NCBI GenBank assembly: GCA_964624865.1
Contig: CAZUZU010000001.1
Location: 2,823-49,064, forward strand
Origin: an uncultured archaeon
Lineage (GTDB): Archaea > Thermoplasmatota > Penumbrarchaeia > CAZUZU01
Length of the DNA stretch: 46,242 nt
Direction of reading: 5' to 3'
Below the pieces are notes generated by a model that was not told the origin of the DNA, did no database searches, and worked only from the letters and a program-made list of their open reading frames with translations. Positions 1 through 9,206 of this stretch are shown one piece after another. Every line of letters starts with the position of its first letter. Within the stretch, counting starts at the first letter, position 1. Position numbers and translations under genes: made by a program.

Positions 1-1201
1 ACACTATTATGCCAAGGGACACCTTTCTGTAATCCAACTTGGAGAATGTCTTTGCCGCATGTTTTCCTATATAGATAGTGAGGAAGAACCCCACTCCCGC
101 GGCCATCAAGGCCGCCATAAGCAATAGAGCCATCTCATTTGGTACATAATCGCCCCACTGCTTGGTATCTATCATCTTCTCAACCACTATCGCTGCCCCG
201 CTCCTTGCTTTCAGTATAAGGAACAAAGCCACTACCACGAAGAAGGAGTTGGCCGTGTTCACCGCGCTCAGGGTCAGGATAACATGCTCTTCCTTCTTGG
301 TCTTTCTGGCCAACATGGCCAGAACGGTGGCCTGGGCCCCAGTCATGCCTGGGAGAAAACCGACAATGGAACCGGCAATGGACCCGCTCACGGTTGAGAC
401 CGATCCCTCCTTCCTGTCAATGTCTGGCTTAGTTATTTCCTGGGGCGGGATAGAGGATTCCTGCCTAAGGGATTCCAACAGGGTGGATATCCCGAACATC
501 CCGCTCAGAGCGGGAAAGAGCAGGGTTGCACCTGCGATTGGCACCAGGGGCATAGGCGCCATCGACAGAACTATTATGCCAAATATTCCGGAAAGTAAGA
601 AAAGGGCCAGGGCGGCCCCGATACCAAACGCACGTGAGAACCGACCCTCTGCCCACCTTCCCTCCACCTTCCTGTAGGGTATCTTGCATGTCTCGGTTAC
701 GGTAAGGACGAATACCATGGCCGTTAGCACGTATAAGAGTGCTGTTTTTAGGTGTAAATACAGATTTCCCGGGGGCCCGAATATGTAGCGGTAAGGTAAC
801 ATCATCACCGAAGCGACCATTACGGCAGTGGCGCTGCCTATCGCGGAAAGGTAAACCGCTTCGTATCCCCGACCCTTGAGCAGCATGGAATGCGCGGGTA
901 GAACATTCAGGGCGGTGTCAGCGTCCGGTGCTCCCAGGAACGCGGAGGGAATGAAATCAAGGAAGGTGTGGACTATGCTCAATGAAACAATGCTAGACGC
1001 CACCAGCATGATTATCTGAGAATCTGTGAGTCCCATTTGACCCAGAGATGAAAGGGACGTGATAAACAAAGGAACAAAACCCAGCAATATCAGTGCCACG
1101 TTGTTGACGTGGAGGCCCGGGGTGATACCGGTACCAATGCCCATGAGACAGCCAAGTGTGACGAACAACAGGAACAGCCCGATGAACAATGGGGATACCA
1201 T
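1..1201 (-). CDS. TctA/DUF112-family integral membrane transporter protein, 3' end cut by the window edge (absent from the supplied ORF track)
   Basis: I translated the minus strand from the ATG at 1201-1199: MVSPLFIGLFLLFVTLGCLMGIGTGITPGLHVNNVALILLGF...SGSIAGSIVGFLPGMTGAQATVLAMLARK... The frame stays open to position 1. It has many hydrophobic helices and repeated G-x-x-PG motifs typical of TctA/DUF112. The start lies 3 nt after the stop (1205-1207) of the upstream gene. The listed + ORF 162..677 is its antisense shadow. Confidence 0.7.
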   Translation of the reverse strand, partial: MVSPLFIGLFLLFVTLGCLMGIGTGITPGLHVNNVALILLGFVPLFITSLSSLGQMGLTDSQIIMLVASSIVSLSIVHTFLDFIPSAFLGAPDADTALNVLPAHSMLLKGRGYEAVYLSAIGSATAVMVASVMMLPYRYIFGPPGNLYLHLKTALLYVLTAMVFVLTVTETCKIPYRKVEGRWAEGRFSRAFGIGAALALFLLSGIFGIIVLSMAPMPLVPIAGATLLFPALSGMFGISTLLESLRQESSIPPQEITKPDIDRKEGSVSTVSGSIAGSIVGFLPGMTGAQATVLAMLARKTKKEEHVILTLSAVNTANSFFVVVALFLILKARSGAAIVVEKMIDTKQWGDYVPNEMALLLMAALMAAGVGFFLTIYIGKHAAKTFSKLDYRKVSLGIIV

Positions 1202-1204
1202 GGT

Positions 1205-2491
1205 TTATTCCTCTATTTCTATGTATTGACAGGACAGAGCATACCTGGCCTCAGAAGGAAGGTATGTTATCCTGCCGGATGCCCTCACCGCGGCTCCAAT
1301 AGATATCTCCATAGGACGTTCAAGATTTACTACGATGGAGATGTTTTCCTCCCCAATGATGTATGAAGTCGTGTTCGATTTCTCCTTGATCTGGGAGGTG
1401 ATGTTTATCAGGCTGTTCTCGAACAGCCATATCTTTTCACAAAGAGTGGTCATGGGCGGGTGCCACGGACCGTGCCTTGACAATACTTCTACCTTTCCGT
1501 TTTCCAAGGGTTCGAAATAATATGCGGCGTTATCGTCCTCGTATCGCAGGGTGAAATTGCTGATCTTAACGCGGTCGCCCTTCTCCAGGTCCAGCTTACC
1601 CCCGTAAACGCATCTTATCCTCGGCTTTGCAAGGGAAAAATCCTCCCCCGGCTCCGGTGCAAGGTGGAAGGAGGTGTAATTCGAACCGGTGGTGGGGGCC
1701 ATTGTCAGGTATCCTTCGCACGTCACCCCCTTGTCCACATAGTCCAAGGGATAGATGGCAATGGAAGCCAGAGGGATCAATGTGTCCGGGTCATATGGGG
1801 AGGTCACTTCCACAGCCTTTGAAGAGAAAACCACGAGTTCGCTCATTCCGGAATATTCGTCAGTGACGCCGTACAACTTGATCGTGCTGCCTATGGGTAT
1901 CGGCTCTGCCTGCTCGTGAAAATATACGTAGACGGAGCCAGTGGGGTCCTTTAGTTCAATGCTTGAATACTTGCCGTTGAGACCGAGGCTCGCCCTGATG
2001 ATCTCACCCTCCATGCAGACATATCTACCTAGATTGACCGGGGATGTGGCATTTGCTATGCTGAGTATACGGGGCTCGTGATCCTCATGGACAGTGAGGG
2101 AATTGTCATTTGCACAATTGAGGCGATATGAGGAGCCGTATATCGAAAGTTCGCCCTGGATTGAAACAATGGTGTTAATATCGATCTCCTCGATCTTTTC
2201 CTTACTGTTCACGTATTCTATGTTAATGTCCATGGTCCCGCCCTCGGTACCGTACAAGGTCATATCCATCTCGTTGTTCTTAGAGTCATAGTGCTTGGAA
2301 AGGACTATGCCTTTGACCGAGATGGTAAGGCCGTTGTAGTCCTCAAGGTTCTCGAATTTCTTGATCCGGGGCGGGGTGGTTGCCACGTATATTCCGTACA
2401 GTAGGAGGGTGCCCGCAAGGGTGAATATTATTACCAGATGAACGAATCGAAGTGATTTAAGTTTGTTCAAACCCCTCGTATCACCCTTCAA
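1205..2491 (-). CDS. Hypothetical membrane-anchored protein with 3-4 repeated OB-fold-like beta modules
   Basis: 428-aa ORF. One N-terminal TM helix (FVHLVIIFTLAGTLLLYGIYV) is followed by repeated beta-rich segments (ISVKGIVLSKH.., YVCMEGEIIRA.., TCEGYLTMAP.., RASGRITYLP..). It is tightly packed between the HAD gene and the TctA-like gene. No family was recognised with certainty. Confidence 0.55.
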   Translation of the reverse strand: MKGDTRGLNKLKSLRFVHLVIIFTLAGTLLLYGIYVATTPPRIKKFENLEDYNGLTISVKGIVLSKHYDSKNNEMDMTLYGTEGGTMDINIEYVNSKEKIEEIDINTIVSIQGELSIYGSSYRLNCANDNSLTVHEDHEPRILSIANATSPVNLGRYVCMEGEIIRASLGLNGKYSSIELKDPTGSVYVYFHEQAEPIPIGSTIKLYGVTDEYSGMSELVVFSSKAVEVTSPYDPDTLIPLASIAIYPLDYVDKGVTCEGYLTMAPTTGSNYTSFHLAPEPGEDFSLAKPRIRCVYGGKLDLEKGDRVKISNFTLRYEDDNAAYYFEPLENGKVEVLSRHGPWHPPMTTLCEKIWLFENSLINITSQIKEKSNTTSYIIGEENISIVVNLERPMEISIGAAVRASGRITYLPSEARYALSCQYIEIEE

Positions 2492-2503
2492 ATTATCACC
2501 CTT

Positions 2504-3178
2504 TCACGGTATGTATTCCAGTATCTTTTTGATGTCGTTGTCTTCTATGACATGATCGGCCATTTCCCTCAATACCTTGGATGATGGGTTGAAAGCTATC
2601 TTCAAGCCGCTGTTCTCAAAAAGGCCGATGTCCACATAGCTGTCCCCGATGCTCGCCGTTCTTGATTTCTCAATGTCGAACCTCTTTTGCTCTTTTAAAA
2701 TCACGGTGGCCTTGTCCCATAACGACACCCCTATTATGCCGCGGCCGCTGATCTCTCCGTTACCGTCTATCTCCAGCCAATTGGAGTGGGAAAAGTCCAG
2801 GCCTCCGGCAAGTTCCGCAACCTTGTCCACTGCGGGTTGAAGGCCGCCTGAGATTATACCCACCACATGGTTCCTTGATTTCAGTTCTTTGAGAACTTCG
2901 ATAGCTCCAGGTCTTACAGGTATGTTTTCGATGACCGGCATGATGTCGTCAACCCTGACCTTCCTTCCCAGAACGCCCTCCCACAAGGCGACATCCCTTC
3001 GAATGAACTCCATGTCGTCTATGGTTCCGTTCTTGAATTCCTGGTGGGACTCCTCGTTGCTTACCTCGAAGTATTGGTGAATGAACTCCCACGAGCTGGA
3101 GCAGTCAACTATTACCCCGTCGAAGTCGAAGGCTACCAACCATCTGTCTACATCCGTTCCCATAAAGACCCTTCCCAT
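2504..3178 (-). CDS. HAD-superfamily hydrolase, phosphoserine-phosphatase (SerB)-like subfamily IB
   Basis: Motif I is VAFDFDGVIVD, motif II is GIISGG, and motif IV is IGDSYVDIGLF, with a cap-domain-sized insert. An alternative start at 3163 (MGTDVDRW) is possible. Both starts overlap the purL 3' end. Confidence 0.8.
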   Translation of the reverse strand: MGRVFMGTDVDRWLVAFDFDGVIVDCSSSWEFIHQYFEVSNEESHQEFKNGTIDDMEFIRRDVALWEGVLGRKVRVDDIMPVIENIPVRPGAIEVLKELKSRNHVVGIISGGLQPAVDKVAELAGGLDFSHSNWLEIDGNGEISGRGIIGVSLWDKATVILKEQKRFDIEKSRTASIGDSYVDIGLFENSGLKIAFNPSSKVLREMADHVIEDNDIKKILEYIP

Positions 3179-5499
3179 GCCTGGTACAGCTCTTTTTTAT
3201 CAATGTCGATCGCTTTCCCTTCCGTCTTTATTATGATCTTTTCTTTCGGTATAGTTGTGCCAACCCTGGTCAATGGAATATCCCTGTCTCGGGCCAGAAC
3301 ATTAAGTTCTTTCCCCTTTTCCGACTCCAAAAGCCACCTTGACGCCCCTTCGCCGAAAAGACCGGTCTCTTTTATCCTGCCGTTTTCCTGGGATATGCCG
3401 GAAATATCCAGCTCCACTCCCAATTGGGAGCCGAATGACATCTCAGCCGCCGCAGTGGCTATGCCCCCGTCGGATATATCATGAGCAGATAGTATCAAAT
3501 CATTTTTATAGGCTTTAGATAGGAAATCCAACTCCCTCATCAAGAGCTTGGGTTCAACATCCGGGACACTGCCCTCCTCGTATCCAAGAATATAGTTGTA
3601 CATGCTTCCGCCCATTTCATTTGGCCTGGGGCCGAGGTGATACAGTTCGGACGAGGATTTCTTGAGCTCTCCTGTTACTATATTGGATACGGGCTCTATG
3701 AGACCGACTCCCAACACAACAGCTGTCGGAGGTACCTTGTATCCCATGGCCTCGTTGTAGAATGATACATTTCCCGAGGGGACGGGTAGATTAAGGACCT
3801 TGGCAACGTCCCCCATTCCCCTCACGGTTGCAACGAACTCGCCCATTCTGTCTTGTTTCTCCGGATTGCCGAAGTTAAGGCAGTTGGTAAGGGAGTGGGG
3901 CCTTGCCCCGACCGAGGCCAGGTTCCGGCAGGTCTCGTCTATGACCAGTTTTCCGGCCCGGTAGGGGTCAACTGTTGCTGCGTAGGGCGCCATGCCTACA
4001 GCAATGGCCAACCCTACGTCCCTGTCCTCAATGGGCTTCATCACCGCAGCGTCCATAGGCGACATATGCCCTGGTAGACCCATGAACGGCTTAACAGCTG
4101 TGGCACCCCTCACCTCGTGGTCATACTGCCGGATCACCCACGACCTGGAGCAGAGGTTGGGATCGGACATCAATCTCGTTAACATCTTTGGTATTTCCTC
4201 AAGTCCGATATCGGGGCGTGTCGATCTATGTTCTTGGGGTCTTGGGATGTTGAATTTCCTTTGATACACCGGTGCGTCGTAGATGAATTCCAGGTCTGTA
4301 TTAGCGACTTGAACGTCGTGGAACCAGATCCTCAGTTTCTTTTCGGGTATGACCTTTGCGACCACTGTCGATTCCACGTCGTAAAGATCGAATATCTCTT
4401 GCACCTTTTCCAGGTCGCCCTCGGTCACAGTAAGCATCATTCGCTCCTGGCTCTCGCTTATCCAGATCTCCCAGGGTTTCATACCTTCCTCCTTTAAAGG
4501 CACCTTGTCAAGCCAGACCTCGGCACCGTGGCCCGCGTCAAGCGCCATCTCCCCGATGACACAGGATAGACCACCTCCGCCCAGGTCCTTCAATCCGGTT
4601 GCCAGCCCCTTTTCTATGCATTCCAGGGTGGCGTGGATCACTGGCTCTTCCATTATCGGATCCCCGAGCTGGACCGCTCCCATGCTCTCCTCCTCGCTCT
4701 CCTCGCTGAGCTCAGCGGAGGCGAAGGTAACGCCGTGGATTCCGTCCCTACCCGTCTTCCCCCCCGCAAGTAGATAGAGGTCGCCGACTCCGCCAACCCG
4801 GTTCTCCATGACATTGGAGCGTTTTGCCACCCCCACGCAGCCAACGTTCACCAGGCAGTTGCCTATATAGCCCGGGTGGAAGAACACACCTCCGGAGACA
4901 GTTGGTATACCAAGACGGTTGCCGTAGTCCCTGATACCGGAGACCACTCCCTCCAGCAGGTATTTCGGGTGCTTGGTCCCTTTGGGCAGGTCTTCGTGCC
5001 TTTTATCCAAGGGTCCGAAGAAAAGCGGGTCTATCAGGGCAACGGGTTGGCATCCCATGGCCAGCACGTCCCTCACTATCCCGCCTATCCCGGTGGCTGC
5101 ACCGCCGTATGGTTCTATTGCAGAAGGGTGATTGTGGCTTTCGATGCGGAGTGAATAAACGTATTCGTCGTCTATCCTCATTACACCTGCGTCGCCCCTC
5201 AATATCACGTCAGGCTGCTCTATACATACGATATTTTCCTTGAGATGATCAATGGATGTCTTGTAACAGGCGTGCTCGCTCCAGGCCTGACCAAGGGCCT
5301 GCAATTCCAGGTCAGTGGGTTTTCGTCCCAGGCCTTTGTAATACTCTCTCACGCTCTTCATCTCTTCCAGGGACAGGCCTGCACCGCTTTGGGCGCTCAA
5401 TACCACGAGCTCCTCGTCGGTGGCCCCTTCCAGTTTAATATCAAAGAACTCGAAATCCGCATCCTCGCGCTCTTGGTAAATACTCTGGATATCGACCAT
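3148..5499 (-). CDS. purL: Phosphoribosylformylglycinamidine synthase subunit II (FGAM synthase, PurL)
   Basis: The full-length PurL-like sequence includes LRIESHNHPSAIEPYGGAATGIGGIVRD and SGNVSFYNE. I prefer the start MVDIQSIYQ at 5499, 5 nt after the purS stop, over the ORF-track start at 5568, which would overlap purS by 64 nt. Confidence 0.95.
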   Translation of the reverse strand: MVDIQSIYQEREDADFEFFDIKLEGATDEELVVLSAQSGAGLSLEEMKSVREYYKGLGRKPTDLELQALGQAWSEHACYKTSIDHLKENIVCIEQPDVILRGDAGVMRIDDEYVYSLRIESHNHPSAIEPYGGAATGIGGIVRDVLAMGCQPVALIDPLFFGPLDKRHEDLPKGTKHPKYLLEGVVSGIRDYGNRLGIPTVSGGVFFHPGYIGNCLVNVGCVGVAKRSNVMENRVGGVGDLYLLAGGKTGRDGIHGVTFASAELSEESEEESMGAVQLGDPIMEEPVIHATLECIEKGLATGLKDLGGGGLSCVIGEMALDAGHGAEVWLDKVPLKEEGMKPWEIWISESQERMMLTVTEGDLEKVQEIFDLYDVESTVVAKVIPEKKLRIWFHDVQVANTDLEFIYDAPVYQRKFNIPRPQEHRSTRPDIGLEEIPKMLTRLMSDPNLCSRSWVIRQYDHEVRGATAVKPFMGLPGHMSPMDAAVMKPIEDRDVGLAIAVGMAPYAATVDPYRAGKLVIDETCRNLASVGARPHSLTNCLNFGNPEKQDRMGEFVATVRGMGDVAKVLNLPVPSGNVSFYNEAMGYKVPPTAVVLGVGLIEPVSNIVTGELKKSSSELYHLGPRPNEMGGSMYNYILGYEEGSVPDVEPKLLMRELDFLSKAYKNDLILSAHDISDGGIATAAAEMSFGSQLGVELDISGISQENGRIKETGLFGEGASRWLLESEKGKELNVLARDRDIPLTRVGTTIPKEKIIIKTEGKAIDIDKKELYQAWEGSLWERM

Positions 5500-5504
5500 G
5501 GCTA

Positions 5505-5753
5505 TCACTTCGAGGTTATCTCGACGGAGTAATCGTGAATAACGGGATTGGCCAGCAGCTTCCTGCACATGTCCTCCACCATCTCCCTGGCCTTGTCCTC
5601 GCTAACGTCACCAAGCGATATCCTGAACATCCTCGCGCTCTGCACGTCGTCAACGTCCGAAAATCCCAGCAGGCGCAGTGCCTTTGCCGTGTTCTTGCCC
5701 TCTGGGTCCGCAACGCCCTTTTTCAGTCCGATTGTAACCACGGCCTCGATCAC
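5505..5753 (-). CDS. purS: Phosphoribosylformylglycinamidine synthase subunit PurS
   Basis: 82 aa: MIEAVVTIGLKKGVADPEGKNTAKALRLLGF... This is the classic PurS length and motif, and it sits immediately upstream of purL. Confidence 0.9.
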   Translation of the reverse strand: MIEAVVTIGLKKGVADPEGKNTAKALRLLGFSDVDDVQSARMFRISLGDVSEDKAREMVEDMCRKLLANPVIHDYSVEITSK

Positions 5754-5903
5754 GTCATCACTCTCCCAACAACCCGGGTATTGAGTACTGGTAATAAATG
5801 CTTGCGGTTTTTCATTCTGGGCTATCAGAGAAAGGAGAGAAATTAAAACTTGTCAATCAATTAACTTATTTACTAATTTGTTAATATGTTACTATAGTGT
5901 GAA

Positions 5904-6047
5904 ATGATATTCAAGGAAACGTCAAAAACAGATGAAATAATAAGGGTAGCGATCAGGGCAAGGGAGTCCACATGTGCGGAGACCGTGCAGATGGGGTTCC
6001 AATTGATCGACCTATACTTGAAGTGGAGAGTCGAGGACGAATCATGA
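5904..6047 (+). CDS. Possible 47-aa small ORF in the purS/pus10 divergent intergenic region
   Basis: Hand translation gives MIFKETSKTDEIIRVAIRARESTCAETVQMGFQLIDLYLKWRVEDES*. There is no recognisable family and no clear RBS, so it may be chance. Confidence 0.15.
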   Translation: MIFKETSKTDEIIRVAIRARESTCAETVQMGFQLIDLYLKWRVEDES

Positions 6048-6094
6048 GTATCTCTCCAATAAAGTGAGGTAACACCAACCTATCCTAATCAAAG

Positions 6095-6103
6095 TATTAT
6101 ATA
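6095..6103 (+). promoter_or_regulatory. TATA-like box for pus10 (implies a leaderless or near-leaderless mRNA)
   Basis: tattatata is centred about 28 nt upstream of ATG 6127, and no SD is present. Confidence 0.35.
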
Positions 6104-6126
6104 CCAGCTCTCAATTCACTTAGACC

Positions 6127-7398
6127 ATGGTAAAAGAGATAGAGCCCGGAGCCGAGGACCTTGAGAAGGCCCGCTGCCTGCTTGATAACGGGCCGTTGTG
6201 CCTTTCCTGCCTGGGCAGGTTCTTTGCCCGCAGGGGCCACGGCTTAACCAACAGACATCGCGGCGAGGTACTATTGCAGGAGCTGGACGGGTACTTCGCA
6301 GTGGAGCCGGGGGACTGCTCGGTCTGCCAGGGCCTAATGGATGATGTCGACGAACTAGTGGAGGCGGCCTGCCGAGCGGTAAAAGGCTACGAATTTTCAA
6401 CCTTTCTGGTGGGCACCAAGGTATCACCCGACCTCCTGGCAGGGGAAGAAAGGCGGTGGAACGATTGCGATATAAAAGATCAGGAAACAATGAAGAACGA
6501 ATTTAACAGGGAGGTGGGCAAGGCTTTGGAGGAAAAGTTTGCTCTTGAGGGTTACGGCAGAGAGGCAGGGTTCGACCACCCGGAGGTAATGATAATAATA
6601 GACACCTCATTTTTAGAGGCCGAGCTACAGGTCAAATCGGTTTACTTGTTCGGCAGATACAGAAAGTTGGACAGAGGTATTCCTCAGACCCGCTGGCCCT
6701 GCCGTAGATGCCACGGTTACGGTTGCGACCACTGCGGCGGCACCGGCAAGATGTATCCCACCAGCGTGGAGGAGGAGGTGGCGGGCCCGGTGATGCCAAG
6801 GACCAAGGGAAAGGAACATGCCTTTCACGGGCTGGGGAGGGAGGATATCGACGCCCGGATGCTGGGCAACGGAAGGCCTTTCGTGTTGGAGGTCAAGAGC
6901 CCCAGGATAAGGACGATAGATGTCAGCGAGGTGGAAAAGGAGATAAACTCGTGTTCCGAAAATAGAGTGGAGGTGAGTGATCTTGCCCTCTGCGGCAAGG
7001 ACATGGTCAAGTTCGTTAAATCGGTAAGGGTGCCGAAGAGCTACAGGGTATCGATCAAGATAACTGAAAAGGTGGGGGCTGGAAAACTGGAAAAGGCCCT
7101 TGGCAAATTGATTGGTCCCATTCCCCAGCGTACCCCCAACCGGGTGAGCCACAGACGCGGAGACCTGGTGAGGAAAAGGGAGGTTTTCGATACCAAACTA
7201 TCAAGGCTGGATGAAAACGGTGCTGAGTTGGAGATAAAGGGTGAGGCCGGCCTTTACGTCAAGGAACTGATGCACGGGGACCAGGGCAGGACCGAGCCTT
7301 CCTTGGCCTCGCTGCTTGATGCCGAGGTTGAAGTAAAGGTCCTGGACGTGGTCCATATATGGGACCAGGATATAGATTATTCCAAATACTTGAAATAA
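6127..7398 (+). CDS. pus10: tRNA pseudouridine synthase Pus10 (archaeal Psi54/55 synthase)
   Basis: The N-terminal zinc ribbon has CLSCLGRFF...CSVCQG. A second Cys cluster is CRRCHGYGCDHCGGTGKMY. The catalytic block is GREDIDARMLGNGRPFVLEV. The length is right for Pus10. Confidence 0.9.
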   Translation: MVKEIEPGAEDLEKARCLLDNGPLCLSCLGRFFARRGHGLTNRHRGEVLLQELDGYFAVEPGDCSVCQGLMDDVDELVEAACRAVKGYEFSTFLVGTKVSPDLLAGEERRWNDCDIKDQETMKNEFNREVGKALEEKFALEGYGREAGFDHPEVMIIIDTSFLEAELQVKSVYLFGRYRKLDRGIPQTRWPCRRCHGYGCDHCGGTGKMYPTSVEEEVAGPVMPRTKGKEHAFHGLGREDIDARMLGNGRPFVLEVKSPRIRTIDVSEVEKEINSCSENRVEVSDLALCGKDMVKFVKSVRVPKSYRVSIKITEKVGAGKLEKALGKLIGPIPQRTPNRVSHRRGDLVRKREVFDTKLSRLDENGAELEIKGEAGLYVKELMHGDQGRTEPSLASLLDAEVEVKVLDVVHIWDQDIDYSKYLK

Positions 7399-7403
7399 TC
7401 CGT

Positions 7404-8171
7404 TTATTCATTTTTACGGAGCCAGTCCATGAAACGTTTCTTTTCCCTCTTCTGATACCACCATTTGACAAGCGGCAGGGAAGTCAACTTCAATAGTTGC
7501 GTGGGATATATGTATTTTTTATCCCTTTCTATGCCCTTTATCACTGCAGCGGCTACTTTTTCCGGCGTCTGGCAGGGCCAGGGAACAGGGGCCGCCCGCT
7601 TTCCAGCCCGGCTAAAGAAATCGGTGCTTGTCGCCACCGGATATACGATAGATACGGTAATGTCCCGTTCCTTTTCCAGATCGAATCCTTGGAAGAATCT
7701 GTCCAAGGCGGCCTTGGTTGAGGAATAAAGGGCATAACCGGGTATGGCCATCTTTGCCATTCCGGAATTGGTGACTACGAAGTGGAAACGGTCTGAGAGG
7801 TGCATCATCTTCTCAAGTGAATATATGGCGGAGAATACGTTTATCTCGAATATCTTGGAAATATGGTCCCAGTCCGGCCCGGATATCTTTTCATAGTATG
7901 GTATTCCCGCATTGGCAATGAAGAGATCGATACCATCCATTTTTTCCAATGCGAGATCAAAAAGCTTGTCAATGTCCTCCCGATCGGAAAGATCGCATGC
8001 AAAGGGATAAATATCATCTGAGCCTAGTTCCGATATCACGGTCTGGAGACCCTCTTGATTTATGTCGGCGGCCACAAGCCCCGTTTCATGGTGGGAAAGA
8101 CCCTCGAGCAGGGCTAGGCCTATACCGGAGGCAGCTCCGGTGATCACAGCCTTTTTCCCGTCAAGTCTCAT
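7404..8171 (-). CDS. Short-chain dehydrogenase/reductase (classical SDR)
   Basis: The cofactor motif is ITGAASGIGLA (TGxxxGxG). The catalytic motif is YSSTKAAL (YxxxK), and NAG is present. The start overlaps the upstream gene's stop by 4 nt. Confidence 0.9.
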   Translation of the reverse strand: MRLDGKKAVITGAASGIGLALLEGLSHHETGLVAADINQEGLQTVISELGSDDIYPFACDLSDREDIDKLFDLALEKMDGIDLFIANAGIPYYEKISGPDWDHISKIFEINVFSAIYSLEKMMHLSDRFHFVVTNSGMAKMAIPGYALYSSTKAALDRFFQGFDLEKERDITVSIVYPVATSTDFFSRAGKRAAPVPWPCQTPEKVAAAVIKGIERDKKYIYPTQLLKLTSLPLVKWWYQKREKKRFMDWLRKNE

Positions 8172-9202
8172 AGTTTTCTCCTCTGGTTTTTCTTTCCATT
8201 GCTCTTTTTCATTTTGGCAGGCCAGGGGGCCATGTCCCTAGTACAGAACCAATAGATGGCATCCCGAAATGTTTCCTCTACCGGCCGGGAGGAGTATCCC
8301 AGTTCCTTCCTGGCCTTTGAATCGTCGTAGTACCAGTAATGCCCCATAAGATCGGCCGCTTCCTTGTCTATGGCGGGGGTAGAGGAAAGGGCCTGGTTCA
8401 GGTAGCCCAGTAACTTTCCCATGCCTCTGGACATCCGGAGCCGAGGTTTTGGATATCCGGTGAGCTCTTCGAGCAGGTTGAATATTAGCTCATAGCTCAT
8501 GTTGTTTCCCCCGACAAGATATTTTTCTCCTTCCTTTCCCTTTTTCATGCCCAGGTAAAGCCCCCTTGCCGCGTCCCGAACGTCCATTACGTTCTGACCC
8601 CCTCTGATGTAACCCGGGAGAGAGCGGTTCAGATAGGACAATATCAATCTTGAGCTTGAATTATTAATGTCACCGGGCCCGTAACAGTAACAGGGATAAA
8701 CCCGGACCACGGGCAGCCCCTCTTCAATCCGGTCCTCGACATAAAGCTCCGCCTTTCTCTTTACCTTGACATAGGTTACGTCAAGGTCGTTGAGGTTATA
8801 CGGTATATTCTCGTCCACCGGTTCTTTACCTCCCCCGCCAAGGGCAAATATCGAGGCCAAATATACTATCTGGCTCATTCCCCTTTCCCTACACTCCTCG
8901 AACAGGTTGTAGGTTATATCGTAGTTGAGCTTCCTTAACCTGGTCCTGTCCTCTGGATGCGTGGAGATGAAACCGGCGATGTGGTACAATCTATCAACGC
9001 CATCAAGGGCCTTGGATACATCCCCGGGCTTGAGAAGGTCGCCCCGTATCACCTCCAGGCCTCTCTTGTCAAGGCCAAAGGCCCTCAGCTTGTCAGGGGT
9101 TCTTACCAAAACCCTTGTCTTCTCCCCCTTTCTCAGCAGGAGTTTAGTGAGGTGCGATCCAATGAATCCAGTGGCTCCAGTTACCAGCGTAACATCGGTC
9201 AT
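8168..9202 (-). CDS. NAD-dependent epimerase/dehydratase family protein (extended SDR, reductase-like)
   Basis: VTGATGFIGSHL is a Rossmann motif and YVKVK is a YxxxK motif. At 344 aa it is typical of extended SDRs. Confidence 0.85.
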   Translation of the reverse strand: MTDVTLVTGATGFIGSHLTKLLLRKGEKTRVLVRTPDKLRAFGLDKRGLEVIRGDLLKPGDVSKALDGVDRLYHIAGFISTHPEDRTRLRKLNYDITYNLFEECRERGMSQIVYLASIFALGGGGKEPVDENIPYNLNDLDVTYVKVKRKAELYVEDRIEEGLPVVRVYPCYCYGPGDINNSSSRLILSYLNRSLPGYIRGGQNVMDVRDAARGLYLGMKKGKEGEKYLVGGNNMSYELIFNLLEELTGYPKPRLRMSRGMGKLLGYLNQALSSTPAIDKEAADLMGHYWYYDDSKARKELGYSSRPVEETFRDAIYWFCTRDMAPWPAKMKKSNGKKNQRRKL

Positions 9203-9206
9203 TTTT

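Noticed and set aside
162-677. The listed + ORF (171 aa) and the overlapping - ORF 465..689
   Set aside because: Both lie inside the much longer edge-truncated minus-strand TctA-like ORF (1..1201), which has coherent membrane-protein sequence. The + ORF is an antisense shadow. The 74-aa - ORF (465..689) is in a different minus-strand frame from the TctA-like reading frame.
6116-6490. A 124-aa minus ORF opposite the pus10 5' end
   Set aside because: The translation is Pro/Arg-rich and antisense to a well-supported gene.
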